In this document: one piece after another, positions 25,410 through 34,923 of the stretch
Position numbering within the stretch: position 1 is the first letter of the stretch
Layout: the number at the start of each line of letters is the position of its first letter
NCBI GenBank assembly: GCA_964474075.1
Contig: CAYYRO010000001.1
Location: 5,797-61,703 of the forward strand
DNA length: 55,907 bases
Direction of reading: 5' to 3'
Origin: an uncultured Methylophaga sp.
GTDB lineage: Bacteria; Pseudomonadota; Gammaproteobacteria; Nitrosococcales; Methylophagaceae
Position numbers and translations under genes: made by a program
The notes under the pieces: model-generated
Told to the model about the DNA's origin: nothing
The model's input: only the letters and a program-made list of their open reading frames with translations
The model's database searches: none

Positions 25410-26552
25410 ATGGAAATCGTCACCATTTTAAAAGCGGCCGTTAAGCATGAAGCTTCGGATATTTTTATCACAGCCGATCGGCCGCCAACGCTGAAAGTGA
25501 ATGGCCGTATGGCAACGTTAACTCAGGAGCCGCTCAGCGACGACGAGGCCCGTAATCTGGTGCTCAGCACCATGAATGACGAGCAAAAGAAAGTTTTTGA
25601 GCGTGATAAAGAATGTAATTATGCGATTGATACCAAAGGGGCGGGGCGTTTCCGGGTCAGTGCTTTGTATCAGCGCAATCGTGTTGGCATGGTGATGCGA
25701 CTGGTAAAGGATGAAATCCCGACAATTGAGCAATTGCGTGTGCCGGAAATTATCAAAGAACTGGCCATGACTAAACGGGGCTTAGTAATTTTTGTTGGTG
25801 CGACCGGAAGTGGTAAATCAACTACACTGGCGGCGATGATTGGCTATCGAAATCAGAATAGTGCCGGTCATATTCTGACCATTGAAGATCCGATTGAATT
25901 TAACCATAAACATGCCGGCTGTGTGGTTACCCAGCGTGAGGTTGGTGTCGACACGGACTCTTACGATATTGCTTTGAAAAACTCACTGCGTCAGGCACCT
26001 GACGTCATTATGATTGGTGAAATTCGATCTCGGGACACCATGGATTATGGTATCGCTTTCGCAGAAACCGGTCACTTATGTTTATCAACGTTGCACGCGA
26101 ACAACGCCAACCAGGCGATGGATCGGATCATCAACTTTTTCCCTGAAGATCGCCACAAGCAGTTGTTTATGGATATGTCGCTTAATTTGAAAGCGGTGGT
26201 GGCGCAGCGTTTGATTCCGAAAAAAGACGGCACCGGGCGTTGTGTGGCGGTTGAGGTGCTACTGAACACGCCACTTATTGGTGACATGATCGAAAAGGGC
26301 AAGGTCTCAGAAGTTAAAGATGTGATGAAACGTTCCCGGGAACTCGGCATGCAGACGTTTGACCAAGCTGTGTACGATTTGTACAAAGCCGGTGAAATCT
26401 CTTACGAAGATGCCCTTAAAAATGCAGACTCAACCAACGAAGTTCGGTTGATGATTAAGCTTGGTGCAGAAGCCGGTGAAATCCCTGAAGAGCCGGGTAT
26501 GCAAGGCCTGTCGTTGGAACCTGAAAACGATGGTGTTATTGGTCGGATTTAA
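25410..26552 (+). CDS. pilU: PilT/PilU family ATPase
   Basis: GATGSGKST, LRQAPD, TLHANNANQA; follows pilT. Confidence 0.95.
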   Translation: MEIVTILKAAVKHEASDIFITADRPPTLKVNGRMATLTQEPLSDDEARNLVLSTMNDEQKKVFERDKECNYAIDTKGAGRFRVSALYQRNRVGMVMRLVKDEIPTIEQLRVPEIIKELAMTKRGLVIFVGATGSGKSTTLAAMIGYRNQNSAGHILTIEDPIEFNHKHAGCVVTQREVGVDTDSYDIALKNSLRQAPDVIMIGEIRSRDTMDYGIAFAETGHLCLSTLHANNANQAMDRIINFFPEDRHKQLFMDMSLNLKAVVAQRLIPKKDGTGRCVAVEVLLNTPLIGDMIEKGKVSEVKDVMKRSRELGMQTFDQAVYDLYKAGEISYEDALKNADSTNEVRLMIKLGAEAGEIPEEPGMQGLSLEPENDGVIGRI

Positions 26553-26599
26553 TTCAGGGGGTTATCGTTAATAACGATAATTGTTTTTTTTTAATATGT

Positions 26600-26628
26600 T
26601 AGACTGCATTTGTAATTCGTATTATGAT
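26600..26628 (+). promoter_or_regulatory. Sigma70-like promoter for the OmpA-family gene
   Basis: TAGACT-17 nt-TATGAT. Confidence 0.5.
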
Positions 26629-26728
26629 AATTGTCAGGTGAATGCAACAGCTTGTTGTTTAAAGACAACAATAGTTTGCTTCCAAGCCTGAAGATACGAA
26701 GTTTGCAATAAACAAAAAGGAATCGCTC

Positions 26729-27571
26729 ATGAAAAGACTATTTAAACTAGGTGCAGCAATGCTCACCATGATGTTTTTGGCAGCTTGTGCTACCCAAGAC
26801 CAACGCACAACAAGTAATTACCTGATGTGTTCAGTTGGTGGTGCTATCGTGGGCGGTGCCGGTGTTGGTGCTATCTCAGGTGGTGCTGGTGCTGTTGGTG
26901 GCGCTGCAACTGGTGCACAACTTGGCTTGCTGCTTTGCGGTCAGGAAGAGACTGCTGAACCAGTAATGGCTGACAAAGCCCCAGTTTGTGATGTACCACC
27001 TCCAGCTGGTGCATTGAAAGACGAAAACGGCTGTGCTTTTGACAGTGATAATGACGGCGTAGTTGATGGCATTGATATGTGCCGCGATACACCAGAAGGT
27101 GTAGTCGTTGACGCTGTTGGTTGCCCATTAGATTCAGACCGTGATGGTACGCCAGATTATAAAGATTTGTGCCCTGGTACCCCAATGGGTGTAATCGTTG
27201 ACCAAGATGGCTGCCCGATTGGTGGTGAGAACATCTTGTCACTGACTAATGTTCACTTTGGCTTTGACAAAGCAGTGTTGACCCAAGAAGCTGAAATGAT
27301 TCTTGATGAAGCAGTTGCTTTGATGAAAGAAACTGATGAAGTACTGGAAGTGCGTGTTGAAGGCCATACTGACAGTATCGGTACTGAGCAATACAACATG
27401 GATCTTTCACAACGTCGCGCTGAAGCTGTTGTCGACTATCTGGTTGCTAACGGTGTTAACTCAACCCGCTTAATTCCAGTTGGTATGGGTGAAAATTACC
27501 CAATTGCCAGCAACGAAACTGAAGCAGGTCGTGCAGAAAACCGTCGTGTAGACTTCGTTGTAGTTGAATAA
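26729..27571 (+). CDS. OmpA-family lipoprotein with glycine zipper and thrombospondin type-3-like repeats
   Basis: Lipobox LAA-C; DSDNDG and DSDRDG + D.CP.TP repeats; EGHTDSIG..YNMDLSQRRA, RAENRRV. Confidence 0.92.
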   Translation: MKRLFKLGAAMLTMMFLAACATQDQRTTSNYLMCSVGGAIVGGAGVGAISGGAGAVGGAATGAQLGLLLCGQEETAEPVMADKAPVCDVPPPAGALKDENGCAFDSDNDGVVDGIDMCRDTPEGVVVDAVGCPLDSDRDGTPDYKDLCPGTPMGVIVDQDGCPIGGENILSLTNVHFGFDKAVLTQEAEMILDEAVALMKETDEVLEVRVEGHTDSIGTEQYNMDLSQRRAEAVVDYLVANGVNSTRLIPVGMGENYPIASNETEAGRAENRRVDFVVVE

Positions 27572-27590
27572 CACAACATCGTCTTGACAT

Positions 27591-27620
27591 AAAAAAGGCC
27601 CTTTCGAGGGCCTTTTTTTT
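27591..27620. terminator. Bidirectional intrinsic terminator
   Basis: AAAAAAGGCCCT-TTCG-AGGGCCTTTTTTTT between convergent genes. Confidence 0.9.
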
Positions 27621-27636
27621 ATTTGTAATTTACGAA

Positions 27637-28395
27637 TTATTCCAACAAAGGATAAAGCCCACTAGCGCGGACATCGGTATCCGCTTGCTGCAACCATTGC
27701 AGAAATTCAGGGCGTTGCATAATGTTTTTTACCGCCGTACGGCTTTGTGACTTATTCATGCCGGTTTTTAAATCCGAGTGGTACAAAAGTTTCAGCAGTA
27801 CATAGTCCAGCCCAGACAAAAAATTATCATGACTGCGATCATTAAAAATCGATGGAAATACGGCTACATCATCATTAGGCAAACCCATCACCTGGGTCAG
27901 TTCTTCGACAATACAGGCCAGTAGCTTGGCATGGGCACGGGCCCGATCCACCGGTATTACGACTAATGCCTGCTCAATTTCCCCGTTAGTGTTTACCGAA
28001 AAGTTGGCAATACAAACACTATTACGACTGAGTTGTTGGGCGGTCGTATTGTCCAACTGCATCGTATTGCTTAGATAGCTGGGTAAGCGCGCTTCATCGG
28101 TAAAAATTATTTGCAAATTCGCTGTGATGCTGCCAGTTGCCGCTTGAATCGGATGACCGGTAATGACTGACAATTGTTGTAAGTGAACAGTACTTAATTG
28201 CTCATGCAATGCTTTATCGGCAACATCGTGTTGGAAACGATAGCTGATTGGTTTACGCCATTTGCGAAGCTGTGGGGGATGACGGGTATATTCACTACTG
28301 AGCGCGATGCGCTCAAAGCTTTGTTGAATATATTGGGGCGTTTGCCAGTTCTCAGCCACCGATGGGGTACTGAAAGCGAACAATAAAGAAAACAA
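27637..28395 (-). CDS. DUF2927-like secreted protein (start uncertain)
   Basis: LRKW..PI, CIVEELTQVMGLPND, SIFND, LSGLDY.LL.LLY...LK.GM. The first plausible start after the tRNA is TTG at 28395. Confidence 0.75.
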   Translation of the reverse strand: MFSLLFAFSTPSVAENWQTPQYIQQSFERIALSSEYTRHPPQLRKWRKPISYRFQHDVADKALHEQLSTVHLQQLSVITGHPIQAATGSITANLQIIFTDEARLPSYLSNTMQLDNTTAQQLSRNSVCIANFSVNTNGEIEQALVVIPVDRARAHAKLLACIVEELTQVMGLPNDDVAVFPSIFNDRSHDNFLSGLDYVLLKLLYHSDLKTGMNKSQSRTAVKNIMQRPEFLQWLQQADTDVRASGLYPLLE

Positions 28396-28399
28396 AAAA

Positions 28400-28476
28400 T
28401 GGCGCGCCTGACAGGAATTGAACCTGTGACCCTCGGTTTCGGAAACCGATACTCTATCCAACTGAGCTACAGGCGC
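28400..28476 (-). tRNA. tRNA-Arg (anticodon CCG)
   Basis: 77 nt: GCGCCTG acceptor stem, TAGCTCAGTTGGATAGAG D-arm, anticodon loop TTCCGAA, GGTTCAATTCC T-arm, encoded CCA. Confidence 0.97.
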
Positions 28477-28519
28477 GTGATGGGGGTGTGACAAAACAGC
28501 TGTCACGTCAAGGCGTTGC

Positions 28520-28525
28520 ATTATA
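28520..28525 (-). promoter_or_regulatory. -10 box for the tRNA-Arg transcript
   Basis: Perfect TATAAT about 44 nt upstream of the tRNA, followed by GCAACGCC; the -35 is weak. Confidence 0.5.
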
Positions 28526-28586
28526 CGTATTAGCAACCCGCCCGGCTAGGGCGGGTCGATAATTTATTTGCGGTGTCAGCCGCGAA

Positions 28587-31091
28587 TCAGATCGCCTGTG
28601 GGGCAATTTTTTCCAGTTTCCAGATTTCCTGATTGTATTCATTCATCGTCCGGTCGGTAGAGAATTTGCCACTGTGCGCCGAGTTGAGGATGCTCATTTG
28701 CGCCCAACGCGCTTTATCCTGATAGGCGAGTCCGGCCTGATGCTGCGCATCGACATAACTGCGGAAGTCAGCAACAGTCATCCAGGGGTCATGTGAACTG
28801 GCAAAAGCATTGATGAGGTTATCAAAACACCCCGGCTCAAACTGATTAAAGTGACCGCCACGTAATAAATCCACCACCCGTTTCAGATCTGGATCATTAT
28901 TGATAATCGCCTGAGGATTGTAATGTTTACGCATCACATCGACTTCTTGCTCATCGAGGCCAAACAAGAAGAAATTATCATCACCGACTTCTTCGCGGAT
29001 TTCGATATTAGCGCCATCCAGCGTACCGATGGTGATAGCCCCGTTCATCATGAATTTCATATTCCCGGTGCCAGAGGCTTCTTTACCGGCAGTCGAAATC
29101 TGCTCGGATAAATCAGCTGCAGGACAAATGACTTCCATTGCCGAGACCTGATAATTGGGCAGAAATACGACTTTCAGCCAATCACCGACGTTAGGATCAT
29201 TATTAATGACATTGGCAACATTATTAATAAGTTTGATGATCTGTTTGGCCATAACATAACCAGGGGCCGCTTTACCGCCGAATAATACACAGCGTTTAAC
29301 CATGCCTTCGGTTTGACCAGTTTTGATCTGTTCATAAAGATGAATAACATGTAGCACATTCAACAACTGACGTTTGTATTCATGTATACGTTTCACCTGA
29401 ATATCAAACATAGCATCGGGGTTGAATGTTACACCGCAACGCTGCTTGACCAGGTCAGCCAGCTTTTGCTTATTAACGCGTTTGGCTGCTGTCCACTGCG
29501 TTTGAAACGCTGGATCGGTTGCAAGTGGTGCCAATTTTTTAAGCTGTGATAAATCGGTGATCCAATCCTCACCGATTTTGGCTGAAATCAGTTCGCTAAG
29601 CGCAGGATTACACCAGGCCATCCAGCGACGCTGGGTGACACCGTTGGTTTTATTATTGAATTTATGCGGCCACAGTGCGAAGAAGTCTTTAAATAACCCT
29701 TTTTTCAAAAGCTCGGAATGCAACGCGGCTACGCCGTTGACTGAAAAACTACCGACAATCGCCAAATGCGCCATACGCACTTGTTGTTGCGGGCCTTCTT
29801 CGATAATGGATAAACGTCCCAAACGCTCACGATCGCCAGGCCAGTGACTGGCGACTTCACGTAAAAAACGGGCGTTGATTTCGTAAATAATTTCTAAAAT
29901 ACGTGGTAAAAGACGGCCGAATAAATTCACCGGCCAGCGCTCGAGCGCCTCGGGCAGCAGCGTGTGGTTGGTGTAGGCCATGGTTTTGCTGGTAATGTCC
30001 CAGGCGGCTTCCCAGCTCAAGCCATGTTCATCAATCAGTAGTCGCATCAGTTCTGCTACAGCAACGGTCGGATGCGTATCGTTTAGCTGAAAACAGTTTT
30101 TATCGGCAAAATGGCTAAAGTCATCGCCGTGATTGCTTACCCAATAATCGAGGATATCCTGCAGACTGGCAGAAGCCAGAAAATATTGCTGGCGCAGCCG
30201 CAGCTCTTTACCATTTTCACTGGCATCATTTGGGTATAACACCATGCTGATATTCTCCGCCTCATTTTTGGCGGCAACGGCGTCGGTATACGACCCGGCA
30301 TTAAAATCTTCAAGGTTAAACTCATCGGTTGCAGCAGCTTTCCACAAACGCAGTTTGTTGACGGTCCCATTGCGATAGCCCGGGATTGGCAGATCATAAG
30401 GTACTGCCAGTACATCATTAGTATTGACCCACTGTACTTCCATCCAGCCGCTGGCATTACGATGAAACTCAGTATGACCACCAAATTTCACCCGTTGGGT
30501 GAATTCAGGCCGTTCTAATTCCCAGGGGTTGCCGTCACGCAGCCAGTGATCGGGCATTTCTTGCTGATAGCCATTCTCGATGCGTTGCTGAAACATACCG
30601 TATTCATAACGCAGGCCGTAGCCAGTGACCGGTAATTGCAATGTTGCGCAGCTATCAATAAAACAGGCTGCTAAGCGACCCAGACCACCGTTACCCAAAC
30701 CGGCGTCATGTTCCATTTCGGCCAGTTCTTCAAAATTTAGACCCAAATCAACCAGCGCTTTTTTCAGTTCGTCTTCAATGCCCAGATTCAGCGCGGCATT
30801 GCCCATCGCCCGGCCCATCAAAAATTCCATCGACAGATAATAAGCCTGTTTGCAATGGCTTTCGGCGTAGGTATGTTTGGTGTGTTTCATGCGCTCAAAC
30901 AGCCGATCCCGCAGGGTCAACGCCAATGCAGAATATAGATAATGGCCGGAAGCGCAGCCTTTATCCTGTGCCAGGTGAATGCCGTAGTAACGCTTAATGT
31001 CTTCAGCCAATGCGTCGATATTCATGTCAAGCGTTGGCGCCTCGTACAGCGCGGCAGCAGGTGTCGCGGTCGAAGTGTAGCGTGGGGTCAT
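28587..31091 (-). CDS. glgP: Glycogen/starch phosphorylase
   Basis: LGNGGLGRLAAC, QLNDTHP, VKRIHEYKRQ, EASGTGNMKF PLP motif. Confidence 0.97.
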   Translation of the reverse strand: MTPRYTSTATPAAALYEAPTLDMNIDALAEDIKRYYGIHLAQDKGCASGHYLYSALALTLRDRLFERMKHTKHTYAESHCKQAYYLSMEFLMGRAMGNAALNLGIEDELKKALVDLGLNFEELAEMEHDAGLGNGGLGRLAACFIDSCATLQLPVTGYGLRYEYGMFQQRIENGYQQEMPDHWLRDGNPWELERPEFTQRVKFGGHTEFHRNASGWMEVQWVNTNDVLAVPYDLPIPGYRNGTVNKLRLWKAAATDEFNLEDFNAGSYTDAVAAKNEAENISMVLYPNDASENGKELRLRQQYFLASASLQDILDYWVSNHGDDFSHFADKNCFQLNDTHPTVAVAELMRLLIDEHGLSWEAAWDITSKTMAYTNHTLLPEALERWPVNLFGRLLPRILEIIYEINARFLREVASHWPGDRERLGRLSIIEEGPQQQVRMAHLAIVGSFSVNGVAALHSELLKKGLFKDFFALWPHKFNNKTNGVTQRRWMAWCNPALSELISAKIGEDWITDLSQLKKLAPLATDPAFQTQWTAAKRVNKQKLADLVKQRCGVTFNPDAMFDIQVKRIHEYKRQLLNVLHVIHLYEQIKTGQTEGMVKRCVLFGGKAAPGYVMAKQIIKLINNVANVINNDPNVGDWLKVVFLPNYQVSAMEVICPAADLSEQISTAGKEASGTGNMKFMMNGAITIGTLDGANIEIREEVGDDNFFLFGLDEQEVDVMRKHYNPQAIINNDPDLKRVVDLLRGGHFNQFEPGCFDNLINAFASSHDPWMTVADFRSYVDAQHQAGLAYQDKARWAQMSILNSAHSGKFSTDRTMNEYNQEIWKLEKIAPQAI

Positions 31092-31214
31092 AAATGATCC
31101 TTAAGTGGCGTTATACTGGATTTTCAGGGTTTGGGTGACGGACTATACAAGCCATCACGGTTTGGCATCGTTACCAAAGGCAGATTGTCTTGCGGCATTG
31201 CCAAGTCAAATTTG

Positions 31215-31223
31215 ATTATAGCA
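31215..31223 (-). promoter_or_regulatory. Extended -10 promoter candidate for glgP
   Basis: TGCTATAAT on the minus strand, about 125 nt upstream of the start codon. Confidence 0.5.
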
Positions 31224-31486
31224 TCCTGACTCAGGATATATGCTGTCAAAGCTTAGTCCTTGTCAGCAGTCAGTGAACAAGGTCCTGGGTGCGGAATGGC
31301 ATGGTGAGTACAGTCCAGTAATATGGTTGCAAATTGCAACTAATTTTTAACTGTATTTTGCGGATATCCGTCGGTGGATGCCACAGCATGGCTACCGATC
31401 TCCCGCAGGAACATTATGGGCTGCACATTTCGCGGCATTCAGAAGGAATAAAAACTGTCCTCCTGAATTGATTTAGTGTTTGTCCG

Positions 31487-32110
31487 TCAGGAGGCTGTGA
31501 TGTCAGCGGGCGAATTGACTGCAAACCAGTCATCGAGTTTGGCGATGGCTTCGTCGCGACCGCTTTTATTCAACGATGAAAATAACTGCACCGTGGCGTC
31601 ACTGCCTGCTTTTTTCAGATTGTTGCGCACTTGTTGCAAAGTACTGCCAGCGGCACTTTTACTGAGTTTGTCGGCTTTGGTCAGCAAAATATGCACTGGC
31701 AATTCCGCCCCTTGTGCCCATTGCAGCATTTGCAGATCAAATTCTTTTAACGGATGGCGGCAATCCATCATCAGCATCAGGCCTTGCAGGCTCTGACGGG
31801 TCTCCAGATACTTGCCCAATGTTTCCTGCCAGCGCAGTTTGGTTTTTTCAGGCACTTTGGCGTAGCCATAACCCGGTAAATCGACCAATGCCCGCTGTTC
31901 ATCGAAGGTGAAAAAATTGATCATCTGAGTGCGGCCCGGGGTTTTACTGGTGCGGGCGAGGGCACTAATCTGGGTAATCGTATTGATAGCACTCGACTTC
32001 CCGGCATTGGACCGGCCAGCAAAAGCGACCTCAATACCCTCGTCAGGAGGTAATTGCGATAATTGGGTGGCGCTGCCGGTATATTGGGCACGGCGATAGA
32101 GCTCAGACAT
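31487..32110 (-). CDS. yihA: Ribosome biogenesis GTPase YihA/EngB
   Basis: [27 protein letters not shown]. Confidence 0.96.
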   Translation of the reverse strand: MSELYRRAQYTGSATQLSQLPPDEGIEVAFAGRSNAGKSSAINTITQISALARTSKTPGRTQMINFFTFDEQRALVDLPGYGYAKVPEKTKLRWQETLGKYLETRQSLQGLMLMMDCRHPLKEFDLQMLQWAQGAELPVHILLTKADKLSKSAAGSTLQQVRNNLKKAGSDATVQLFSSLNKSGRDEAIAKLDDWFAVNSPADITAS

Positions 32111-32195
32111 GGAACCTTTCCAGGTGCAAAAATATCTCAATAAGCGTACCATATTGCGAGTTTTTGTATCTGAAAGTAAGCATCTAGGAATCACC

Positions 32196-32804
32196 ATGAA
32201 AAATGTGCTTTTGGCAGTGGTCGCGGGCCTGACGCTGAGTTACACAACGCTGGTCGCCGCAGCTGGTGACGTGTCTGCAGGTAAAGAAAAATCGGCAGTT
32301 TGTGTTGCCTGTCATGCTGCTGATGGCAATAGCCTCGCGCCCGATTTCCCGAAATTAGCCGGACAACATGCCAGTTACCTTGCCAAGCAGTTGGCTGAAT
32401 TTAAGAGCGGTGAACGCGAAAACGCCATCATGTACCCGATTGCACAGGGATTGAGCGAGCAGGATATGCTGGATTTGGCTGCCTACTTTGCTTCGCAGGA
32501 AATTGCACCTGGCGCCGTTTCAGATGAATATCTTGAAGCCGGTCGTAAGCTGTATCGTGGTGGCAATGCCGAAAGTGGTGTTCCAGCTTGTATGGCTTGC
32601 CATGGTCCAAACGGCAAAGGTATTCCTTCTGCGAAATGGCCAATGCTGTCTTCTCAGTACAGCAAATACATTGAGAGTCAGTTGTATAAGTTTGCTAATG
32701 GTGAGCGCGCTAATGATCCTAATGGCATGATGCGCGATATTGCCAAGAAAATGACCGACGAAGAAATTAAAGCCGTTTCGGCCTACGTTTCCGGTTTACA
32801 CTGA
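32196..32804 (+). CDS. Diheme cytochrome c4
   Basis: Signal peptide; CVACH and CMACH heme motifs; P.LAGQ; divergent from yihA. Confidence 0.95.
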   Translation: MKNVLLAVVAGLTLSYTTLVAAAGDVSAGKEKSAVCVACHAADGNSLAPDFPKLAGQHASYLAKQLAEFKSGERENAIMYPIAQGLSEQDMLDLAAYFASQEIAPGAVSDEYLEAGRKLYRGGNAESGVPACMACHGPNGKGIPSAKWPMLSSQYSKYIESQLYKFANGERANDPNGMMRDIAKKMTDEEIKAVSAYVSGLH

Positions 32805-32876
32805 TCTGCATTTTGCAGCTTGATAGCTGCCTTTGCCGGCAACTTAATGTAAGTTGCCGGCTCTAAATTGTCGTCT

Positions 32877-34880
32877 ATGTCTGATCAAGCACATCCCCGC
32901 TTGCACAAGCTGCCTCTCCGGCGGCGATTGGTGCATTTTCTCGGCTCCATGGAGCTGGCCATTACGCTATTGCTGACACTCGCGATTGCGTCTGTGATTG
33001 GCACCGTCCTGCAGCAAAACCAGCCTTATACCGATTATGTGATCAAGTTCGGCCCATTCTGGTTTGAAGTATTTGAAAAGCTGGGCTTGTATGACGTCTA
33101 CAGTGCAGTTTGGTTTTTAGCGATTCTGGCATTGCTGGTAGTCTCCACCACTGTTTGTGTGGTGCGCAATGCACCAGCGATGATCCGGGATATTTGGCAG
33201 TTACGCACCCAGGTACAGAAAAAATCACTGAAGTTAATGCAGCATCATGCTGAATGGTCAGCGCCTCAGGCGGTGTCTGATTTAACTCCGATTTATCAGC
33301 AGCAACTAAAAGCACAGGGTTTTCGCAGCCGGCTGACCGAAAAAAATGGCGCTGTGCTGATTTCGGCGATGCGCGGCGGCATGAACCGGCTCGGTTATTT
33401 ATTTACCCATATTGCGATCGTAGTCATTTGTATCGGCGGTCTGATGGATAGCAATATGCCGCTGAAAATTGCTGAATGGCAGGGCAAGCTGAAAATCGAA
33501 ACCCGTGATTTGGCGATCCGTGATATTCCTGCTGAAAGCCGGTTGCCGGTCAGTGATCTGGCTTTTCGTGGCAGTGTCAGCATACCGGAAGGCCGTGGTG
33601 CTGAGGTCGCATTTTTACCGGTGCGCGATGGTTATTTGTTGCAGGCTTTACCATTTCGTATTGAAGTCGAAGATTTCCGGATAGAACATTATTCCAATGG
33701 TCAGCCGAAATCATTTGAATCAGATCTGTTGATCCATGATCCCGAGCGCGACTCACCGTTGGCCGAGACAATCTCTGTTAATCATCCATTAATTTATAAA
33801 GGCCATGCAATCTACCAGGCGAGTTTTGGTGATGGCGGTTCGGAACTGAGTATTGAAGCCTGGCCATTGGATACGCGCATTGGTGAACAGCCGGTATCTT
33901 TGGATACCAAAGTGTTTGCCAACAGTGAACTGCGCTGGGGTGACACCACGCTGAAATTAGAAATGACCAACTTCCGGCCGTTTAATATCAATGCGGATCC
34001 GACGGAAGCTGATCCGGATAACATTCGTAATTTTGGGCCGAGTATTGGTTTTAAACTCCGTGCACCGACGGGTGAGGCCCGGGAGTACGAAAATTATATG
34101 TTGCCGGTGCCCCGTGACGGGCGCGAATTTTATTTAAGCGGTGTTCGTAACAGTCCGGCAGAAGAATTTGCTTATCTGTATTTACCGGTTGATGAAAACG
34201 GTGAACTGGATAAGTTTGTGGCCTTCAGTGCTGCGCTTCGTGATGCTGATAAAACCGAGCGCGTTGCAAATGCCATGATGCTGGATGCTTTATCAGTGTT
34301 GCCGGACAAAGATCCGCAGTTGGAAGACAATCTGCAATCAACACTTGAAACGCTGATAAAAATGTTTATGCGTGGCGGTTTTGATGAAGTACGTAACTTT
34401 GTCGAAAATGAGCTGCCGGAAGCTGAGCGTGATAATTTAGCACCGGCTTATCTGGGCATGTTGCGGGAAATGTTGGCCCGAATGTACTTTACTGAAATTG
34501 TCCCTGATACGAATCCGGAAGATCCAGAGCAGGTGCAGTTTTTACAGGATGCTGTCGATGCCATTGGCAGTCTGCCCCGATATGGTTCGCCGGTGTTTTT
34601 AAAGCTCAATGATTTTGAACATATCCAGTCAACGGGTTTGCAAATCGCTAAAGCGCCGGGCAAAAATACCGTGTATTTCGGCTGTTTGTTGCTGGTGGTT
34701 GGTGTGTTTTTACTGTTTTATTTGCCGCAGCGCCGTATTTGGTTATGGCTTGAAGCCGATGGCAACGGTAGCAAAGTATTGATGGCTGGTACCAGCAATC
34801 GTAACCCGCGTGAATTTGATGCCGTTTTTGTCAGTCAGCAACAGTTGCTGGCTGGCGCCAACGGGAACTCTGCCGGGTAG
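32877..34880 (+). CDS. resB: Cytochrome c biogenesis protein ResB/Ccs1 (System II)
   Basis: SM.LAI.LL..LAIASVIGT, Y.A.WF, TH.A, VNHPL.YKG..IYQ.SF, GLQI...PG. Confidence 0.9.
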   Translation: MSDQAHPRLHKLPLRRRLVHFLGSMELAITLLLTLAIASVIGTVLQQNQPYTDYVIKFGPFWFEVFEKLGLYDVYSAVWFLAILALLVVSTTVCVVRNAPAMIRDIWQLRTQVQKKSLKLMQHHAEWSAPQAVSDLTPIYQQQLKAQGFRSRLTEKNGAVLISAMRGGMNRLGYLFTHIAIVVICIGGLMDSNMPLKIAEWQGKLKIETRDLAIRDIPAESRLPVSDLAFRGSVSIPEGRGAEVAFLPVRDGYLLQALPFRIEVEDFRIEHYSNGQPKSFESDLLIHDPERDSPLAETISVNHPLIYKGHAIYQASFGDGGSELSIEAWPLDTRIGEQPVSLDTKVFANSELRWGDTTLKLEMTNFRPFNINADPTEADPDNIRNFGPSIGFKLRAPTGEAREYENYMLPVPRDGREFYLSGVRNSPAEEFAYLYLPVDENGELDKFVAFSAALRDADKTERVANAMMLDALSVLPDKDPQLEDNLQSTLETLIKMFMRGGFDEVRNFVENELPEAERDNLAPAYLGMLREMLARMYFTEIVPDTNPEDPEQVQFLQDAVDAIGSLPRYGSPVFLKLNDFEHIQSTGLQIAKAPGKNTVYFGCLLLVVGVFLLFYLPQRRIWLWLEADGNGSKVLMAGTSNRNPREFDAVFVSQQQLLAGANGNSAG

Positions 34881-34923
34881 GATAAGACCTAATCCGGCAA
34901 GCCATCCAAATGATGAGAATCTA

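Noticed and set aside
28390-28480. tRNA 3' end as an island attachment site
   Set aside because: No integrase, and I found no duplicated tRNA 3' fragment in the window.
31325-31400. Resemblance of ACAGCATGGCTACCGA to a c-di-GMP-I riboswitch 3' end
   Set aside because: No GNRA tetraloop stem or GCAAA core in the right order, and wrong orientation for glgP.
31230-31495. GGA motifs near yihA suggesting a CsrB/CsrC-like sRNA
   Set aside because: The count is close to chance expectation, occurs on both strands, and the motifs are not in repeated hairpin loops.
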